Positions 17,273-28,368 of a stretch of DNA of 40,704 nt are shown one piece after another (within the stretch, counting starts at the first letter, position 1; the number at the start of each line of letters is the position of its first letter). The stretch lies in the sequence record SRR9188676_834, one strand, 5' to 3'. Under the pieces are notes generated by a model. That model saw only the letters and a list, made by a program, of their open reading frames with translations, was not told where the DNA came from and did not search any database. A program made the translations under genes and the position numbers.

Positions 17273-20200
17273 GTGAAGAGCACATCAAACAAAAATCAAA
17301 CTATTGAAAAAAGCATTGATAATTCACCTGTAGCAATGTTTCAGTTGGTATTGTCTACTGATGGAAAAATATCATTCCCTTATGTTAGTAGGGATATTGA
17401 ACACATATTTTTCGAGGCAGATAAAGCTACTTTTCAAAGCACTCCGTCTATCTACTTTGCATCTATATTCGAAGAAGATTATCAAAGTTTTTTCACCACT
17501 CTTGAAAATTCTCAAAAAGAGCAATCTAATTGGTTTTATGAATTCAGAATCAAACAGGACGAACATGATTTTCGTTGGATACGAGTATTGGCAAATCCAG
17601 AAGTAAATGTTGATGGCTCAATTATTTGGCATGGCTATTTCAAAGATATTTCTATTCGTAGAGCAACAGATGAGAGTTATAAAATGATAGAAAAACGCTT
17701 TAGCTCTATTATTGAAAACTTCACTGAAGGCTTTGCATTAGTGGATGTTGAAGGTACAATTTTAGAGATTAGTCCATCTGGTAAAAAAATATTGGGTTTC
17801 TACAACGACGAAAATACAAGTACAATTAAGAACAAATTAAATATCCATCCTGAAGACATTGCAACATTGGCTAATCTTTTCTTAGCTGTAATTGCTAATC
17901 CGACTCAAACGGAAAAGATGGAATTTAGAATTATTATGCCCGATGGCACTGAAAAATGGCTTGAAACTACTATTCACAATTTACTTGAAAATCAAGCTAT
18001 AAAAACAGTTTTACTGAATTTTAGAGATATTAATCAGCAAGTTTTGGCAAGAAAACAAAAAGAATTTGATGCCAAAAATTTAAAATCGTTGATTGATAAT
18101 ACCTCTGATATTGTATGGAGTGTAGATACGTCTTGTCGTTTAATTTCCTTTAATACTGCTTACGAAAAATTAGTTTTCGAATACATTCAAGAAAATATTT
18201 TTCCCGGAAAAAATATCCTTGAAACGCTGACATTTAGTCCATCTCATTTAGCACTATTTACTTCTTATTATAAAAGAGCATTTGAAGGAGAAACATTTAC
18301 TGTGCAATACAATATTTCTTATCTAAAAGATTTATGGAGAGAGGTTTCATTTTATCCAATTAAACTTGATGGTAAAGTAATAGGAACTGCCTGTTATGGC
18401 AAAGATATAACCGAAAGGAAACTTTACGAGGTTGCTTTACAAAAAACGAATGAACAATTATTGGCTGCACAAAATATAGCAAAGTTAGGCTATTGGGAAG
18501 TCGATTTGGTAGGAGAAAATCATTTCTGGTCGGATGAAATGTATCATATTTTTGATATTGATTTTGCACAAAGTCCACTCGATTTAACTGATGCCTTTAA
18601 CTATGTTCATGAAGATGATAGAGAAAAATTACTTGAACAACATCAATTAATGATGACAGAAAACAAGTATTTAAATCTTGATTTTCGTTTAAAAATGCCT
18701 AATGGACAAATAAAATACTTGGTTATGAATGCCAAGCTCAACAAAGACGAAAATGGAAAAAATATTCAAATAAGAATTACTTCACAAGATATTACTGAAA
18801 AGAAAAAGGCTGAAAATGATGTTATCCAACGAGAAAACCGTTTGAAAGCTCTTATTGAAAAAAGTACTGAAGGTATAGCAATTGTAAATGCCAACAAAGA
18901 AATCATAGATATTAGCCCTGTCGGAAAAAAAATATTCGGAATCAACAGTATTGAAGAGTACGATAGGAATTCTGTTCATCCAGATGATTTAAAAGAGCTA
19001 GGTATCGTTTTTGAACAAGTTTATGAACAACCCGATTATTCCCCAACTGCAAGTTTTAGGTACATAAAACCAAATGGTGAAGTATTATGGATTGAAACCC
19101 ACTTTAATAATCAGTTAGCAGAACCCTCTATTGAAGGTATTATCATGAATTTCATGGATATTACCAAAATAAAAATAGCCGAACAATTACTTAAAAGTGA
19201 ACAGTATTTGTTGAGGACAATCATCGACAATTTGCCTTTAAATGTTTATGTAAAAGATTTAGCATCCAAAAAAACCTTAATCAACAAGGCAGAACTGGAA
19301 TATTTAGGGTTCAAAGACGAAAAAGAAGGGCTTGGCAAGAATGATTATGAAACATTCACCGCAGAGTATGCTAAAATATTTATTGAAGAAGATCAAACCG
19401 TTTTCAAAACAGGAAAAGCAATTATCAACAAAGAAACGTTGATTGAAGACCCAACAAAAAAACGGGTATGGTATTTATTATCTAAAATACCACTTGTTAA
19501 TGAACAAGGTGAAATTGATAGATTAATTGGAATTAGTATTGATATTACTGAACAAAAACTTGTACAAGAACAACTCAGTGCAAGTGAATTAATGTTTAAA
19601 AATCTCGCTAAAAACGTACCGGGAGTGGTATATCAATTATGCGTTGAAGCTGATGGAACAACACACTTTCCGTATTTGAGTGCTAAAATTCAAGAAATAT
19701 TTGGAATTGACTTTGATAGCAAGGAAAAAGATTTAGCCAAACATATTTATTCAGAAGATAAAATTACTTTTTTAAATTCTATTTATGTAGCGATGATTAG
19801 TAAAAGTAATTGGAGCTATGAAGGAAGAATACAAGCTGATAATGGTGAAATAAAATGGTTTCAAGGGATGTCTAGCCCGACAATTATGGGTGATAGAATA
19901 ATTTTCAATGGAATTCTGATAGATATTTCCGAAAGAAAAAATGCAGAAGAATCTAAAAAACAACTTCGCCAGCTAGAACTTTCATTGGAAAAGGAAAGAG
20001 AGATAAACTTGTTGAAATCTAGGTTTATTTCTTTTGCTTCGCATGAATTCAGAACTCCACTGGCTACGATTGTCACCAGTATTGACATTCTGGGAATTTA
20101 CACCAATATGTTATCGGATGCTGAAGTCAAAGATAAATTAAAACACCATCTCAACAGAGTTACTTCACAAGCGAATCGACTGACAGAGATGCTCTCGGAT

Positions 20201-20701
20201 GTAATGTTATTGGAGAAATCAGCCAATAATAAAATTAATTTACAATTAGAGAACATTGATATTATATCTTTGATCAAAGAACTTAATAATCAATATTATA
20301 ATGAAAGAAAAGACAATCGAAAATTAGAACTGATTTTGCCTACAGAAAGTAAAGAAATTTTTTCAGATGCTTCTTTGTTAAAGCACATTATCAATAATTT
20401 GATTGATAATGCTTTTAAATATTCTAAAGATGCACCAAACCCAAGTTTAATACTGGCAATTAACGACAAGGATTTTAAAATCATTATTCAAGATTATGGT
20501 ATTGGTATTCCTTTAGAAGATCAACAGCATTTGTTTGAGATATTTTTCAGAGCCAATAATGTTTTAAATATCGACGGTACAGGCTTAGGATTGAACATTA
20601 CAAAAGAATTTACTCAAAAACTTGGCGGAACGATTAGTTTCAAAAGTGAAGTAGGCAAAGGAACAGAATTTACTTTGGTATTTCCTAAACATTATTCTTG
20701 A
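17273..20701 (+). CDS. Cytoplasmic multi-PAS sensor histidine kinase
   Basis: Series of PAS/PAC modules; SHEFRTPL H-box, NLIDNAFKY N-box, DYGIGI and GTGLGL G-boxes; GTG start. Confidence 0.93.
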   Translation: MKSTSNKNQTIEKSIDNSPVAMFQLVLSTDGKISFPYVSRDIEHIFFEADKATFQSTPSIYFASIFEEDYQSFFTTLENSQKEQSNWFYEFRIKQDEHDFRWIRVLANPEVNVDGSIIWHGYFKDISIRRATDESYKMIEKRFSSIIENFTEGFALVDVEGTILEISPSGKKILGFYNDENTSTIKNKLNIHPEDIATLANLFLAVIANPTQTEKMEFRIIMPDGTEKWLETTIHNLLENQAIKTVLLNFRDINQQVLARKQKEFDAKNLKSLIDNTSDIVWSVDTSCRLISFNTAYEKLVFEYIQENIFPGKNILETLTFSPSHLALFTSYYKRAFEGETFTVQYNISYLKDLWREVSFYPIKLDGKVIGTACYGKDITERKLYEVALQKTNEQLLAAQNIAKLGYWEVDLVGENHFWSDEMYHIFDIDFAQSPLDLTDAFNYVHEDDREKLLEQHQLMMTENKYLNLDFRLKMPNGQIKYLVMNAKLNKDENGKNIQIRITSQDITEKKKAENDVIQRENRLKALIEKSTEGIAIVNANKEIIDISPVGKKIFGINSIEEYDRNSVHPDDLKELGIVFEQVYEQPDYSPTASFRYIKPNGEVLWIETHFNNQLAEPSIEGIIMNFMDITKIKIAEQLLKSEQYLLRTIIDNLPLNVYVKDLASKKTLINKAELEYLGFKDEKEGLGKNDYETFTAEYAKIFIEEDQTVFKTGKAIINKETLIEDPTKKRVWYLLSKIPLVNEQGEIDRLIGISIDITEQKLVQEQLSASELMFKNLAKNVPGVVYQLCVEADGTTHFPYLSAKIQEIFGIDFDSKEKDLAKHIYSEDKITFLNSIYVAMISKSNWSYEGRIQADNGEIKWFQGMSSPTIMGDRIIFNGILIDISERKNAEESKKQLRQLELSLEKEREINLLKSRFISFASHEFRTPLATIVTSIDILGIYTNMLSDAEVKDKLKHHLNRVTSQANRLTEMLSDVMLLEKSANNKINLQLENIDIISLIKELNNQYYNERKDNRKLELILPTESKEIFSDASLLKHIINNLIDNAFKYSKDAPNPSLILAINDKDFKIIIQDYGIGIPLEDQQHLFEIFFRANNVLNIDGTGLGLNITKEFTQKLGGTISFKSEVGKGTEFTLVFPKHYS

Positions 20702-20729
20702 GTGATGCTCTGCTTACTCCTATTTTCAT

Positions 20730-20785
20730 AAAGTCATTATACAACATCTGTTATTTTAAACATTTTGTATAATGACTTTTTTTTT
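20730..20785 (+). terminator. Intrinsic terminator
   Basis: AAAGTCATTATACAA / TTGTATAATGACTTT followed by T-tract. Confidence 0.75.
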
Positions 20786-20926
20786 GTTTCTTGTCAGTAC
20801 ATTGCTTTTAAATATATTTTTACTCCATTTACACTACTACAAAGGTGTTTTTAGGAATATTTTCATCATTCCTCACATCAATTTCATTTTAAAAGTTGTT
20901 AGCTCATACAACTTTTCAATTAACAT

Positions 20927-22282
20927 TTGATAACTTATTTATTTAAAATTTTCGTGAAATATAGATTTAAACCTAACTTATACCACGTCTTTGTAAGCTT
21001 TTTTTTATTAGTTCTTGGAGCTTGTACAGGCGAAAAAAAAGATATTTCCATTGGTACTGTTCATATCAATTACAGTAATGGGAAATATACTTTAATTAGA
21101 AATGGAAAGCCTTTTCTAATTAAAGGTGCTTCTGGTTATACCAATTTAAAAAAATTGAAAGAATCAGGCGGGAATACTATCAGAACTTGGGATACCACCA
21201 ATCTCGAAGCTGTATTAAATGAAGCAAAGCACTATGATATAGCTGTTATTGTAGGTTTACCAATGCCAATGAATGAGTATGGTGATTGGTTTTATAAAAA
21301 TGACTCATTGATTAACAGTCAATACCAGCGCTATGCTAAGCTAATTAATAAATTCAAAAACCATCCTTCAGTATTGATGTGGTGTTTGGGTAATGAATTA
21401 TCTTTTCCTAACAAACCAAAATTCCTTTCTTTCTATAAAGTATTTAATAATTTGATAGATATGATTCACCAAAATGACCCTAATCATTTGGTGACGACTA
21501 CGATGACAAACTTTCAAAAAAAGAATATCTTTCATATTAAATATAGAACTAATATAGATTTTATATCTTTCAATGTATTTGGAAAATTAAAAGATATTAG
21601 AGCAGACCTTAAGGATTTTGAATGGTTATGGGATGGACCTTTTTTAATTACTGAATGGGGAATTGATGGTCCATGGACTAATCATGAACATACTGCATGG
21701 AAAGCCTATATAGAAAATACAAGTACTAAAAAAGCAGAGCATTATCTTTCAATATACAAAACACAAATGCCTGTTGAAAATCCGAGATATTTAGGTTCCC
21801 TAGTGTTTTATTGGGGACATAAACAAGAGAATACCTCTACTTGGTTTAGTTTCTTTGATGAAAATGGAGCAGCGAGCGAAGCAGTAGGCACAATGCAGTA
21901 TATCTGGACATCAAAATATCCAGAACATAAAGCACCACAACTACGTTACATGCTAGTAGATAATAAAGGAGCAAGAGAAAATTTACTTTATAAACCCAAT
22001 ACTATTGCCTCTGCAAAACTTTTGTTACTTAATAATGTTGATAGTACAGGGCTTCAATTTAAATGGGAAGTTTTACCCGAAGATTGGTATCAAGTAAATA
22101 ACCTCTATGGTCTAAAAAAAATGAAACCTATTCAAAATACTATTTTGAAAGAACAGAATAATACTGTACAATTCCGAGTGCCATCCAAAGAAGGTCCATA
22201 CCGAATTTATGTTTCGGTTTATGACCAATACGGCAACTTTGCTACTTGTAATACTCCCTTTTATGTAGTTGATAACAAATAA
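20927..22282 (+). CDS. Clan GH-A glycoside hydrolase lipoprotein (GH2-TIM-barrel-like / GH158-like beta-glucanase) with C-terminal Ig-like domain
   Basis: GGNTIRTW, WCLGNEL (acid/base), ITEWG (nucleophile); lipobox LGAC; exact start (TTG 20927 or a nearby codon) uncertain. Confidence 0.75.
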   Translation: MITYLFKIFVKYRFKPNLYHVFVSFFLLVLGACTGEKKDISIGTVHINYSNGKYTLIRNGKPFLIKGASGYTNLKKLKESGGNTIRTWDTTNLEAVLNEAKHYDIAVIVGLPMPMNEYGDWFYKNDSLINSQYQRYAKLINKFKNHPSVLMWCLGNELSFPNKPKFLSFYKVFNNLIDMIHQNDPNHLVTTTMTNFQKKNIFHIKYRTNIDFISFNVFGKLKDIRADLKDFEWLWDGPFLITEWGIDGPWTNHEHTAWKAYIENTSTKKAEHYLSIYKTQMPVENPRYLGSLVFYWGHKQENTSTWFSFFDENGAASEAVGTMQYIWTSKYPEHKAPQLRYMLVDNKGARENLLYKPNTIASAKLLLLNNVDSTGLQFKWEVLPEDWYQVNNLYGLKKMKPIQNTILKEQNNTVQFRVPSKEGPYRIYVSVYDQYGNFATCNTPFYVVDNK

Positions 22283-25200
22283 TGGAAGAACCTAAAATTT
22301 TACCTCCACCAACCCAAAAACAGCAGCGTACACTTCACTTGATGATTTTCATAGGTTTTTGTAGTATGTGCTATTTTCTATTTACGTTACTTAATAAATC
22401 TATTATAGCTAATCCCTTATTGTATTGGCTATTAATGGTTACTCTGATATTTACTTGCCTCAAAATAATTTACGAATGGTATCATTACCTCTTTATCTCC
22501 GTTCCCGAACAACCCTCTTATGTAAAAGATTATACTGTTGATATTTTCACAACTTTCTGTGCTGGAGAGCCTTATGAAATGATTGTAGAAACCCTTACTG
22601 CTGTGCAAGCAATTAGGTATCCTCATAATACTTATTTATGTGATGAAGCTGATGACCAATACTTGAAAGAAGTTTGTAAAAACCTTGGAGTTCATCATGT
22701 TACGAGAAAAGAAAAAAAGAATGCCAAAGCTGGTAATATTAACAATGCTTTAGCTCAATCCTCTGGCGAACTTTGTGTTGTCTTAGACCCTGACCATGTT
22801 CCTTTTCCAGAATTTTTAGACCCAATCGTCAATCACTTCAATGACCCAACAGTTGGCTATGTACAAGTTGTTCAAGCATATTATAATCAAGATGAAAGCT
22901 TAGTAGCAAAAGGCGCTGCTCAACAAACTTATCAGTTTTATGGACCGATGATGATGACGATGAACAGTTATGGTACTGTTCAAGCAATTGGTGCAAACTG
23001 TACTTTTAGAAGAACAGCCTTAGAATCAATCGGCGGGCATGCTGCTGGTCTGGCAGAAGATATGCACACTGCCATGCAAATTCATGCTAAAGGTTGGAAG
23101 TCTATTTACGTTCCTGCTGTATTAGCACGAGGACTCGTACCTGCTACTCTTTCAGCTTATTATAAGCAACAATTGAAATGGTCAAGAGGTGTTTTTGAAT
23201 TACTTGTTACATCATACGTTGAACTTTTTAGCAAGTTTAATTGGCGGCAAAAAATACATTACGGGATTCTTCCTTTTCATTATATGTCAGGGATTATCTA
23301 TCTTCTTAATTTCCTAATCCCAATTGTTTCACTTTTTGGAGATACTTATCCATTACAACTTGATTTAGTAACTTTTACCGTTGATGCTTTTCCTCTGATT
23401 ATTTCAACTGTAATCATCAGGCATTATGTGCAACAATGGGTAATGGAAGATAAAGAAAGAGGCTTTCATCTCATTGGAGGTCTTCTACAAATTGGTACTT
23501 GGTGGATATTTAATTTAGGATTGATTTACACAATTGTCAGAAAAAACGTCCCTTACATTCCAACACCTAAAGAAGCTACCGATGAGAAAAACTTAATCAT
23601 AAATATTCCTAATATTTGCGTCTTAGCTTTGTCAATCGCTGCGATAATATATGGTTTGTATTATGATTGGAATCCATTCACTTTCATGATGGCTAGTATT
23701 GCAAGCATCAACTGTGTATTTATTATTATTATTCTATATACTGGTGAGGAATTAAAAATAAAAAAACGCAGAAAAAACAATGAATTTTCGGACTCATTCT
23801 TTACTGCCATAGGTGAAGCAAAAGGTCGTTTCTGGATTCTGAGAAGAAAAGTCTATAAACAAATCAACAACAGAGGACTCTTAATTATGGTTGTGGGGAT
23901 ATTCTTGTGTTTTTACTTTCATAGAAGTAATCTTGATTTAGATTTTCTTAAAACAAAAGTAATAGATACCAAAAAATCATATTTCCTTACAGGTATTTTC
24001 TCGCCTACACAATCAGATGGCATATCATCTTTAAAGCTAGTCGATGATTTTCAAACAAAATCAAAAACGCATTTAGATATTGTCTCATTCTATATTCCTT
24101 GGGGAAATCAACGCAAATGTTTTTTACCTGTTTCTACTTTAGATACTGTTTATAAAAACGAATCCGTCCCAATGATAACTTGGGAACCTTGGCAAATACT
24201 CTTTGAAGATTCTACTGCTTCAAACGAAACTTTTGTTGATCAAAAAGTTTTTGCCAATATCACAAATGGGAAATACGATGATTACATTAAGCGCTTTGCT
24301 TTACAAATTAAAGCGTTAAAACAACCAGTATTTTTACGTTTTGCACATGAGGTAGATAATCCATTTTATCCTTGGTCAAAAAAAGGAAAAAATTCTTCTC
24401 AAGAGTTTAAAGCAGCTTGGAAATACCTTCGAAAAGTATTTTTCGACAACAACGTTTATAATGCTATTTGGATTTGGAATCCGTGGCAATCAAGTACTGC
24501 TGCTGAATATTTTCCGGGAAAAGATAATATTGACTGGATTGGAGTAACTGGGCTTAATTTTGCGCACTATAATCATGATAAAAAAGCTCGTTCTTTTGAA
24601 GAAATCTATTACTCATACCATAAAAACCCAATTTTCAGACAAGGAATCCCTGTAATGATTGCGGAAATGGCCTCTTTAAAGACTGCGGGAAATCAAGAAA
24701 AATGGGTAACCAATGCCTTTCAAAAGATAAAAATAAGCTTTCCTGAAATAAAAGCAATTGTTTTATTTAATTCATCTTTTGATAAAAACCTTCCTGACGG
24801 AAGCAAAGGAACACTAAATTGGAGCATTCAGACTGTGCCTAATTTTGCTATAGTTGAGAATCCACATAAGCAACACTCTTCATCAAAAGTGATTACTGAA
24901 GCTGATTCAAAACCTATTGATTTGCCAAAAAACAATGGTTTTGACATCACTAAAACTTTCTTGAACACAAAAGGAGTAAATTACAATAAAGCCCAATATT
25001 GGTATAGAAATATTACCCCTTTGACAAGAAAAACAATTACAAAGGATTTTGCTGAAATGCAAAAGGTAGGTATAAATACGGTTAAGTTTTGTGGACCAAG
25101 TGTTTATGACAGACTTTCTTTTTCAATCGCTAAAGATTTTGGGATGAAAGTTCATTATTGTCTCTATATTCCTGAAAATATTAACTTTATCAATGATGTT

Positions 25201-26067
25201 GAGGTATTAAAGGAACTCACTAATACCATTGTTTCATTCGTTCAAAATCATAAGGATAATGAATCAATTCTTTCATGGAACATTAGTAATAGCGCACTCC
25301 AAAAACTAGAGAAAGCTTATTACAAACCCGAATTATATTATCAACAGCAAGCATATTTTACATGGTTAAAGGATTTAACCCAAAAAATCAAAAATGAAGA
25401 CCCAAAAAGACCCATTACTTTAGATGTTGAACTTTTAAATGGCATTGATATTACAACAAGTATGATAAAACACTATGTGCCTGAAATAGATGCCTTTGGT
25501 TTGGTTGTCCCTGAAAAATCAAATAATTTAGCATTGCTGAAAACGCTGAAAGTACCATATTTCCTGAGTAATATTCCTGCTAAATTTTATTTACGCTTAT
25601 CAAATAGCAATCATTTGGCAACATTTATAGAAAGTTGGCAAGATCAAGAAAGTGCTGAAGCCATCACCTTTAATGGATTAAAAGATGTTAATGGAAGAAA
25701 TAAACCCGATTTATATCTTTTAAGTAAAAAATGGCACGGAAGTATAGCATCAAATAATTTACCCTTGATAAAAATATTACGTCCAGCAATGACAACGATT
25801 CCTAATACGTCTTTGCCTTATTATGCTTTGATTTATAAAAACAATAGCTGGCAAATTGCTGAAAACAATAATTCTGGCTTAACATTTGAATGGTATTTAG
25901 TAAAAACTGATGGTACGGAAAAAGGGGTTTCCATTCAAAAACTGGGTACAGGAACATCTGTCAATGTTATTATACCAGAAGACGTATTACATCATAAACT
26001 ATATCTGATTGCCAGTAAAGGAAAAAATATATCAACAACCCAATCTATATTAAATCTTCCTTTATAG
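22282..26067 (+). CDS. Processive GT2 beta-glycan synthase (BcsA-like) fused to GH26 and a degenerate GH-A domain
   Basis: LCDE, KAGN, LDPD, AED, QQLKW motifs plus TM helices; then ITWEPW, LRFAHE, MIAE (GH26); then KGVNY...GINTVK...SWNISNS. Confidence 0.88.
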   Translation: MEEPKILPPPTQKQQRTLHLMIFIGFCSMCYFLFTLLNKSIIANPLLYWLLMVTLIFTCLKIIYEWYHYLFISVPEQPSYVKDYTVDIFTTFCAGEPYEMIVETLTAVQAIRYPHNTYLCDEADDQYLKEVCKNLGVHHVTRKEKKNAKAGNINNALAQSSGELCVVLDPDHVPFPEFLDPIVNHFNDPTVGYVQVVQAYYNQDESLVAKGAAQQTYQFYGPMMMTMNSYGTVQAIGANCTFRRTALESIGGHAAGLAEDMHTAMQIHAKGWKSIYVPAVLARGLVPATLSAYYKQQLKWSRGVFELLVTSYVELFSKFNWRQKIHYGILPFHYMSGIIYLLNFLIPIVSLFGDTYPLQLDLVTFTVDAFPLIISTVIIRHYVQQWVMEDKERGFHLIGGLLQIGTWWIFNLGLIYTIVRKNVPYIPTPKEATDEKNLIINIPNICVLALSIAAIIYGLYYDWNPFTFMMASIASINCVFIIIILYTGEELKIKKRRKNNEFSDSFFTAIGEAKGRFWILRRKVYKQINNRGLLIMVVGIFLCFYFHRSNLDLDFLKTKVIDTKKSYFLTGIFSPTQSDGISSLKLVDDFQTKSKTHLDIVSFYIPWGNQRKCFLPVSTLDTVYKNESVPMITWEPWQILFEDSTASNETFVDQKVFANITNGKYDDYIKRFALQIKALKQPVFLRFAHEVDNPFYPWSKKGKNSSQEFKAAWKYLRKVFFDNNVYNAIWIWNPWQSSTAAEYFPGKDNIDWIGVTGLNFAHYNHDKKARSFEEIYYSYHKNPIFRQGIPVMIAEMASLKTAGNQEKWVTNAFQKIKISFPEIKAIVLFNSSFDKNLPDGSKGTLNWSIQTVPNFAIVENPHKQHSSSKVITEADSKPIDLPKNNGFDITKTFLNTKGVNYNKAQYWYRNITPLTRKTITKDFAEMQKVGINTVKFCGPSVYDRLSFSIAKDFGMKVHYCLYIPENINFINDVEVLKELTNTIVSFVQNHKDNESILSWNISNSALQKLEKAYYKPELYYQQQAYFTWLKDLTQKIKNEDPKRPITLDVELLNGIDITTSMIKHYVPEIDAFGLVVPEKSNNLALLKTLKVPYFLSNIPAKFYLRLSNSNHLATFIESWQDQESAEAITFNGLKDVNGRNKPDLYLLSKKWHGSIASNNLPLIKILRPAMTTIPNTSLPYYALIYKNNSWQIAENNNSGLTFEWYLVKTDGTEKGVSIQKLGTGTSVNVIIPEDVLHHKLYLIASKGKNISTTQSILNLPL

Positions 26068-26097
26068 TTTCAATTAATTCTTAGAAAAACTAACGTT

Positions 26098-27795
26098 GTG
26101 AGAAATAAGAAAGTCGTATATATAGTTGTAGCATTGGTAGTATTAACGATTGTTACATTTTTAAAATATGGGAAACCACATATCAAAGCAACTTATACAG
26201 ATGAATTAAGTACAAGATCTTACGAGCCTGTATTAGGAATTTATGATAGGTTTAAACAATTCTCTTCCCCAACAATCAGCGAATTTGAACATCATGCAAT
26301 CACATGGAAAAATAGTGCATTCTGGTTTAATGAGCAGGCTCTTACAACGCAATTAGACAAAGGAAAGCCTATTTTAATAACCATCGAAACATGGTCGAAA
26401 AACAGTATTACTACCTCCAACGATGATAATGTAATTGATGAAACACAAAAAGGGAATTATGACAATAAAATTGAAACACTGGGTAAGGTTCTAGCAAAGT
26501 ATCATCAACCTATTTTCTTACGTTGGAATCCATATATGGAACTCCCTTTGTATCAATATCCTTGGCAATTTCAATCTCCAGAGGCATATATCAAAGCATT
26601 TAATCATTTTGCAAAACAAATAAAAGGCTATGCTCCAAAAGTGAAAATCGTTTGGGGACCATCTGGCTATCCTGGTGATACAGAATATTGGCCCGGTGAT
26701 AAAAACATTGATTTAGTAAGTATCACTTTAGACGATTCTTATCAATATTACGCACCCGACCATAAAGCACTTGAAGGCATTAATACCTTAGCTCAAAAGA
26801 TTCATAGAATGCGTTTTATCAATAAACCTATATTGATATTAGGTACTGAAAAAATCAATAGCAATACTTTCCAAGCAAATTGGATTAGTCAGGCTACTGC
26901 TAACATTAATAAATATTCAAACACAGTATATTCTACTGAAAATTTTAACATTACTGGCAATAAACCATCAAGAAATGGGAAGCCTTTAATGGGTATTTAT
27001 GACCCAAAAGAACGTTTATTTACTGATAAAAGAATTGCGATTGAACACCTATTTGTAGATTTAGGAGATGTGCAAACAGGAAAATTTGAAATTGAATTCA
27101 AAAAAGTTTTATCAAGAAATCATGATGTGATTGTAACGATGGAACCTTGGCGTGACACAACTGGTATTGAAGACAAAAACCTAATGTTGAATATCATTAA
27201 TGGAAAATACGATAGAGAGTTTAAAAAACTTTATAACATTATTTCTAATGTTGAAAGAAAAGTATATTTAAGATGGATGCACGAAATGGAAATTCCTATT
27301 CATCGATATATGTGGCAAAGTCAAGACCCTGTAGCTTATATCAATGCTTATAGATATTTTATGCTTTTTAATAAAATTCCCAACAATAATATCAAAAAGG
27401 TTTGGGGACCTGCTGGCGACAGAGGTTCTGTGGATTGGTGGCCGGGTAATGATGTAGTAGATTATGTAAGCTTTGCTATCTATGGTTTGCCCGATAAAAA
27501 CATTACAGATCACAACAAACAAGAGCGATTTAATTTTATCTTCCAACGTAAAAACTACAGAATGCGTTTTCTGGAAAAACCCATTTTCATTACTGAATTT
27601 GGGGTAAAAGGACCAGAAGATTACCAAACTGAATGGATGAAAGAGGCTGCTCAAACCCTCAATGCCAACAAACAAGTTTTTGCAATAAGCTATTTCAATC
27701 TGTATGATAATCCAAAAGCTTGGGGAAAAATCCAAGCTCCTAATTGGAGTATCAGTACTAAAACATTTGATAGTTTCTATCAGGATTTAAGGTAA
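26098..27795 (+). CDS. Tandem GH26-like domain protein, N-terminally anchored
   Basis: Two repeats of GIYD...T.E.W...G.YD...LRW...WGP.G....WPG; second repeat has HEME and ITEFG. Confidence 0.82.
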   Translation: MRNKKVVYIVVALVVLTIVTFLKYGKPHIKATYTDELSTRSYEPVLGIYDRFKQFSSPTISEFEHHAITWKNSAFWFNEQALTTQLDKGKPILITIETWSKNSITTSNDDNVIDETQKGNYDNKIETLGKVLAKYHQPIFLRWNPYMELPLYQYPWQFQSPEAYIKAFNHFAKQIKGYAPKVKIVWGPSGYPGDTEYWPGDKNIDLVSITLDDSYQYYAPDHKALEGINTLAQKIHRMRFINKPILILGTEKINSNTFQANWISQATANINKYSNTVYSTENFNITGNKPSRNGKPLMGIYDPKERLFTDKRIAIEHLFVDLGDVQTGKFEIEFKKVLSRNHDVIVTMEPWRDTTGIEDKNLMLNIINGKYDREFKKLYNIISNVERKVYLRWMHEMEIPIHRYMWQSQDPVAYINAYRYFMLFNKIPNNNIKKVWGPAGDRGSVDWWPGNDVVDYVSFAIYGLPDKNITDHNKQERFNFIFQRKNYRMRFLEKPIFITEFGVKGPEDYQTEWMKEAAQTLNANKQVFAISYFNLYDNPKAWGKIQAPNWSISTKTFDSFYQDLR

Positions 27796-27879
27796 TGTTC
27801 ATCTAATCGATAATTGACATTAAACTTAAAAGCATAGCTTCTTAATTTTCATAAGCGTTTTCAAAACGCTACGAGTAAT

Positions 27880-28302
27880 TTAAAACTCCACTTTCGGACT
27901 AACATCCTTTAGAGATGCTTTCATCATAGCAATGGTTTTCGATAACATTAAAGGAGCTTGTGTATGGTCAAAATCAATAGACACATAAGTTTTCTTTGAA
28001 GTAATTACTTCCATTTGTGCAGCCATTGCACCATCATAAAAAGATTTAGTACTGGGTCTTTTTAAACGAGAGATACTATTTAATTTCACTTGCTCCATCG
28101 TTTTCAAGATTTTCTTCCACTGAATAGCTTTAGTTTTAAAGCTATGTCTTTCAGCATTGATAGTAACAATGGTACTATCAGCCGTTATAAGCAAATGCTT
28201 CTGCATTCCTCTTGTCTGATAATGAAGTGCTAGTGAATGAATCGTTTCTTTGGGTGAAACATTGATTCCTAACATGAAAAATATAAAGATGAATTGATTC
28301 AT
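27880..28302 (-). CDS. Hypothetical exported protein (TRG...L.RPS.K.FYDGA...FDH..AP)
   Basis: 140-aa ORF with short hydrophobic N-terminus, directly downstream of the protease. Confidence 0.65.
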   Translation of the reverse strand: MNQFIFIFFMLGINVSPKETIHSLALHYQTRGMQKHLLITADSTIVTINAERHSFKTKAIQWKKILKTMEQVKLNSISRLKRPSTKSFYDGAMAAQMEVITSKKTYVSIDFDHTQAPLMLSKTIAMMKASLKDVSPKVEF

Positions 28303-28338
28303 AAAAAAAAGCCTTCTCTCCGTGCTTAGAGAAGGCTT
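28303..28338 (-). terminator. Intrinsic terminator after the protease gene
   Basis: AAGCCTTCTCT / AGAGAAGGCTT arms; A8 at 28303-28310 gives the U-tract on the minus strand. Confidence 0.75.
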
Positions 28339-28368
28339 AAATGTATTACTTTTTATTGATTATTCCAT

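Noticed and set aside
22282-26067. Calling the GT2 bcsA (cellulose synthase)
   Set aside because: QQLKW rather than QRxRW, no recognisable PilZ domain and no bcsB/bcsC; product unknown
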